NCBI GenBank assembly: GCA_021163925.1
Contig: JAGGTD010000006.1
Coordinates: 1-24,000 of the forward strand
Direction of reading: 5' to 3'
DNA: 24,000 nucleotides
DNA from: Nitrososphaerota archaeon
GTDB lineage: Archaea > Thermoproteota > Nitrososphaeria_A > Caldarchaeales > Wolframiiraptoraceae
Made by a program: the position numbers and the translations under genes. Shown in pieces: positions 23,344 through 24,000 of the stretch; position 1 is the first letter of the stretch, and every line of letters starts with the position of its first letter. Under the pieces are notes generated by a model. The model searched no databases and was not told where the DNA came from. It saw nothing but the letters and a program-made list of their open reading frames with translations.

Positions 23344-24000
23344 GCTCTTCAGGCTTGTAGACTCCTCGCTCCGTTATTATTCCAGAGACGAGTTCAGGCG
23401 GCGTTATGTCGAATGCAGGATTCCAGACCTCCGCACCCCTAGGCGCTATCCTCTCCCTCCCAACATAGAGGACTTCGCGTGGATCCCTCTCCTCGATCAC
23501 GATCTCGTCGAGGCTGTGTTCAAAGTCTATGCTTGAGAATGGTGCAGCGCTATAGAAGGGTATGTTGTAGAATTTTGCCGCGATCGCGTGGCTCAGGGTT
23601 CCGATCTTATTTATCACATGACCGGTCTTCGCGATTATCCTATCCGCTCCAACTATCACCTTATCAACCCCGCCGCGCTGCATCAGGAACGCCGCCATGT
23701 TATCGGTTATCAGCTTAACCTTTATCCCATCCCTCATGAGCTCCCAGACCGTTAACCTCGCTCCTTGAAGTCTAGGCCTAGTTTCGCAGGCGTAAACCAT
23801 CACATCCTTCCCCTGCTCAACCGCCGACCTAATCACCCCTAGAACAGTTCCATATCCAACCGTCGCCAATGCCCCGGCATTACAATGGGTCAGAATCCTA
23901 TCTCCATCCTTGATGAGCTCCGCCCCAATCCTCCCAAGCCTCTTATTCGTCTCGACATCCTCCTCAGCCATCTTCAAGGCCTCGTTAACCACGTTCCTCC
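23303..24000 (-). CDS. mtnA: MtnA/aIF-2BI-family isomerase (methylthioribose-1-phosphate isomerase-like), N-terminus beyond window
   Basis: Blocks THCNAGALATVGYGTVLGVIRSA, ETRPRLQGARLTVWEL, GADRIIAKTGHVINKIGT and WNPAFDITP. The frame stays open to the window edge. About 120 N-terminal residues are expected to lie outside the window. Confidence 0.85.
   Translation of the reverse strand, partial: RNVVNEALKMAEEDVETNKRLGRIGAELIKDGDRILTHCNAGALATVGYGTVLGVIRSAVEQGKDVMVYACETRPRLQGARLTVWELMRDGIKVKLITDNMAAFLMQRGGVDKVIVGADRIIAKTGHVINKIGTLSHAIAAKFYNIPFYSAAPFSSIDFEHSLDEIVIEERDPREVLYVGRERIAPRGAEVWNPAFDITPPELVSGIITERGVYKPEELKELGSGVVGRGG

Noticed and set aside
22141-23950. Mismatch between my letter-by-letter reading and the ORF track. 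I count 8 G in the run, an extra g near 22260, and only 59 letters in the last line. The track frames on both strands imply 9 G, ataccgtcc near 22256-22264, and aagcctcttattcg near 23936-23950.
   Set aside because: This is most likely my own miscounting of repetitive text rather than biology. I used track coordinates for CDSs, and positions I derived by hand may be off by 1 nt. The frameshift conclusion holds for either 8 or 9 G.

Overview
This is a gene-dense window of roughly 50% GC that reads as archaeal, probably from a thermophile; I cannot name the organism. Evidence for an archaeal origin: three tRNA genes lack an encoded CCA, and one (tRNA-Asn) has a 20-nt bulge-helix-bulge intron at 37/38. 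A/T-rich TATA-like boxes sit 25-40 nt upstream of first-gene starts, GAGGTG-type Shine-Dalgarno motifs precede operon-internal genes, and GyaR, DUF211 and aIF-2BI/MtnA-type proteins are present. Left to right: (i) a decayed HTH+LAGLIDADG homing-endonuclease-like gene spread over three reading frames, next to an orphan tRNA 3' fragment. (ii) argH, a CPBP intramembrane protease and tRNA-Ile. (iii) An orphan radical-SAM/SPASM enzyme. (iv) A ~16.5-kb carbohydrate locus (4642-21075). It holds a cytosolic GDPD, a CUT1-type ABC importer, homologues of the Thermotoga-type oxidative myo-inositol pathway (IolG, IolM, IolN, IolO) and UxaE, but none of the usual downstream hexuronate genes. In their place are a 709-aa transaldolase/FSA-family protein with large unassigned extensions (translationally coupled to UxaE), a GyaR-type glyoxylate/hydroxypyruvate reductase, a cyclophilin-like protein and a second xylose-isomerase-like TIM barrel. 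My main hypothesis is a glycerophosphoinositol/inositol utilisation system ending in a new aldolase branch (D-fructuronate -> dihydroxyacetone + tartronate semialdehyde -> glycerate). (v) tRNA-Asn with a degenerate duplicate of its 3' end, a V4R-domain gene frameshifted in a G8-9 run, tRNA-Ser, a DUF211 + short VIT/CCC1 pair, and a truncated mtnA-like gene at the right edge. I saw no CRISPR array, rRNA, or recognisable defence or toxin genes. All functional calls rest on motif recognition by eye and remembered family knowledge; no searches were run.
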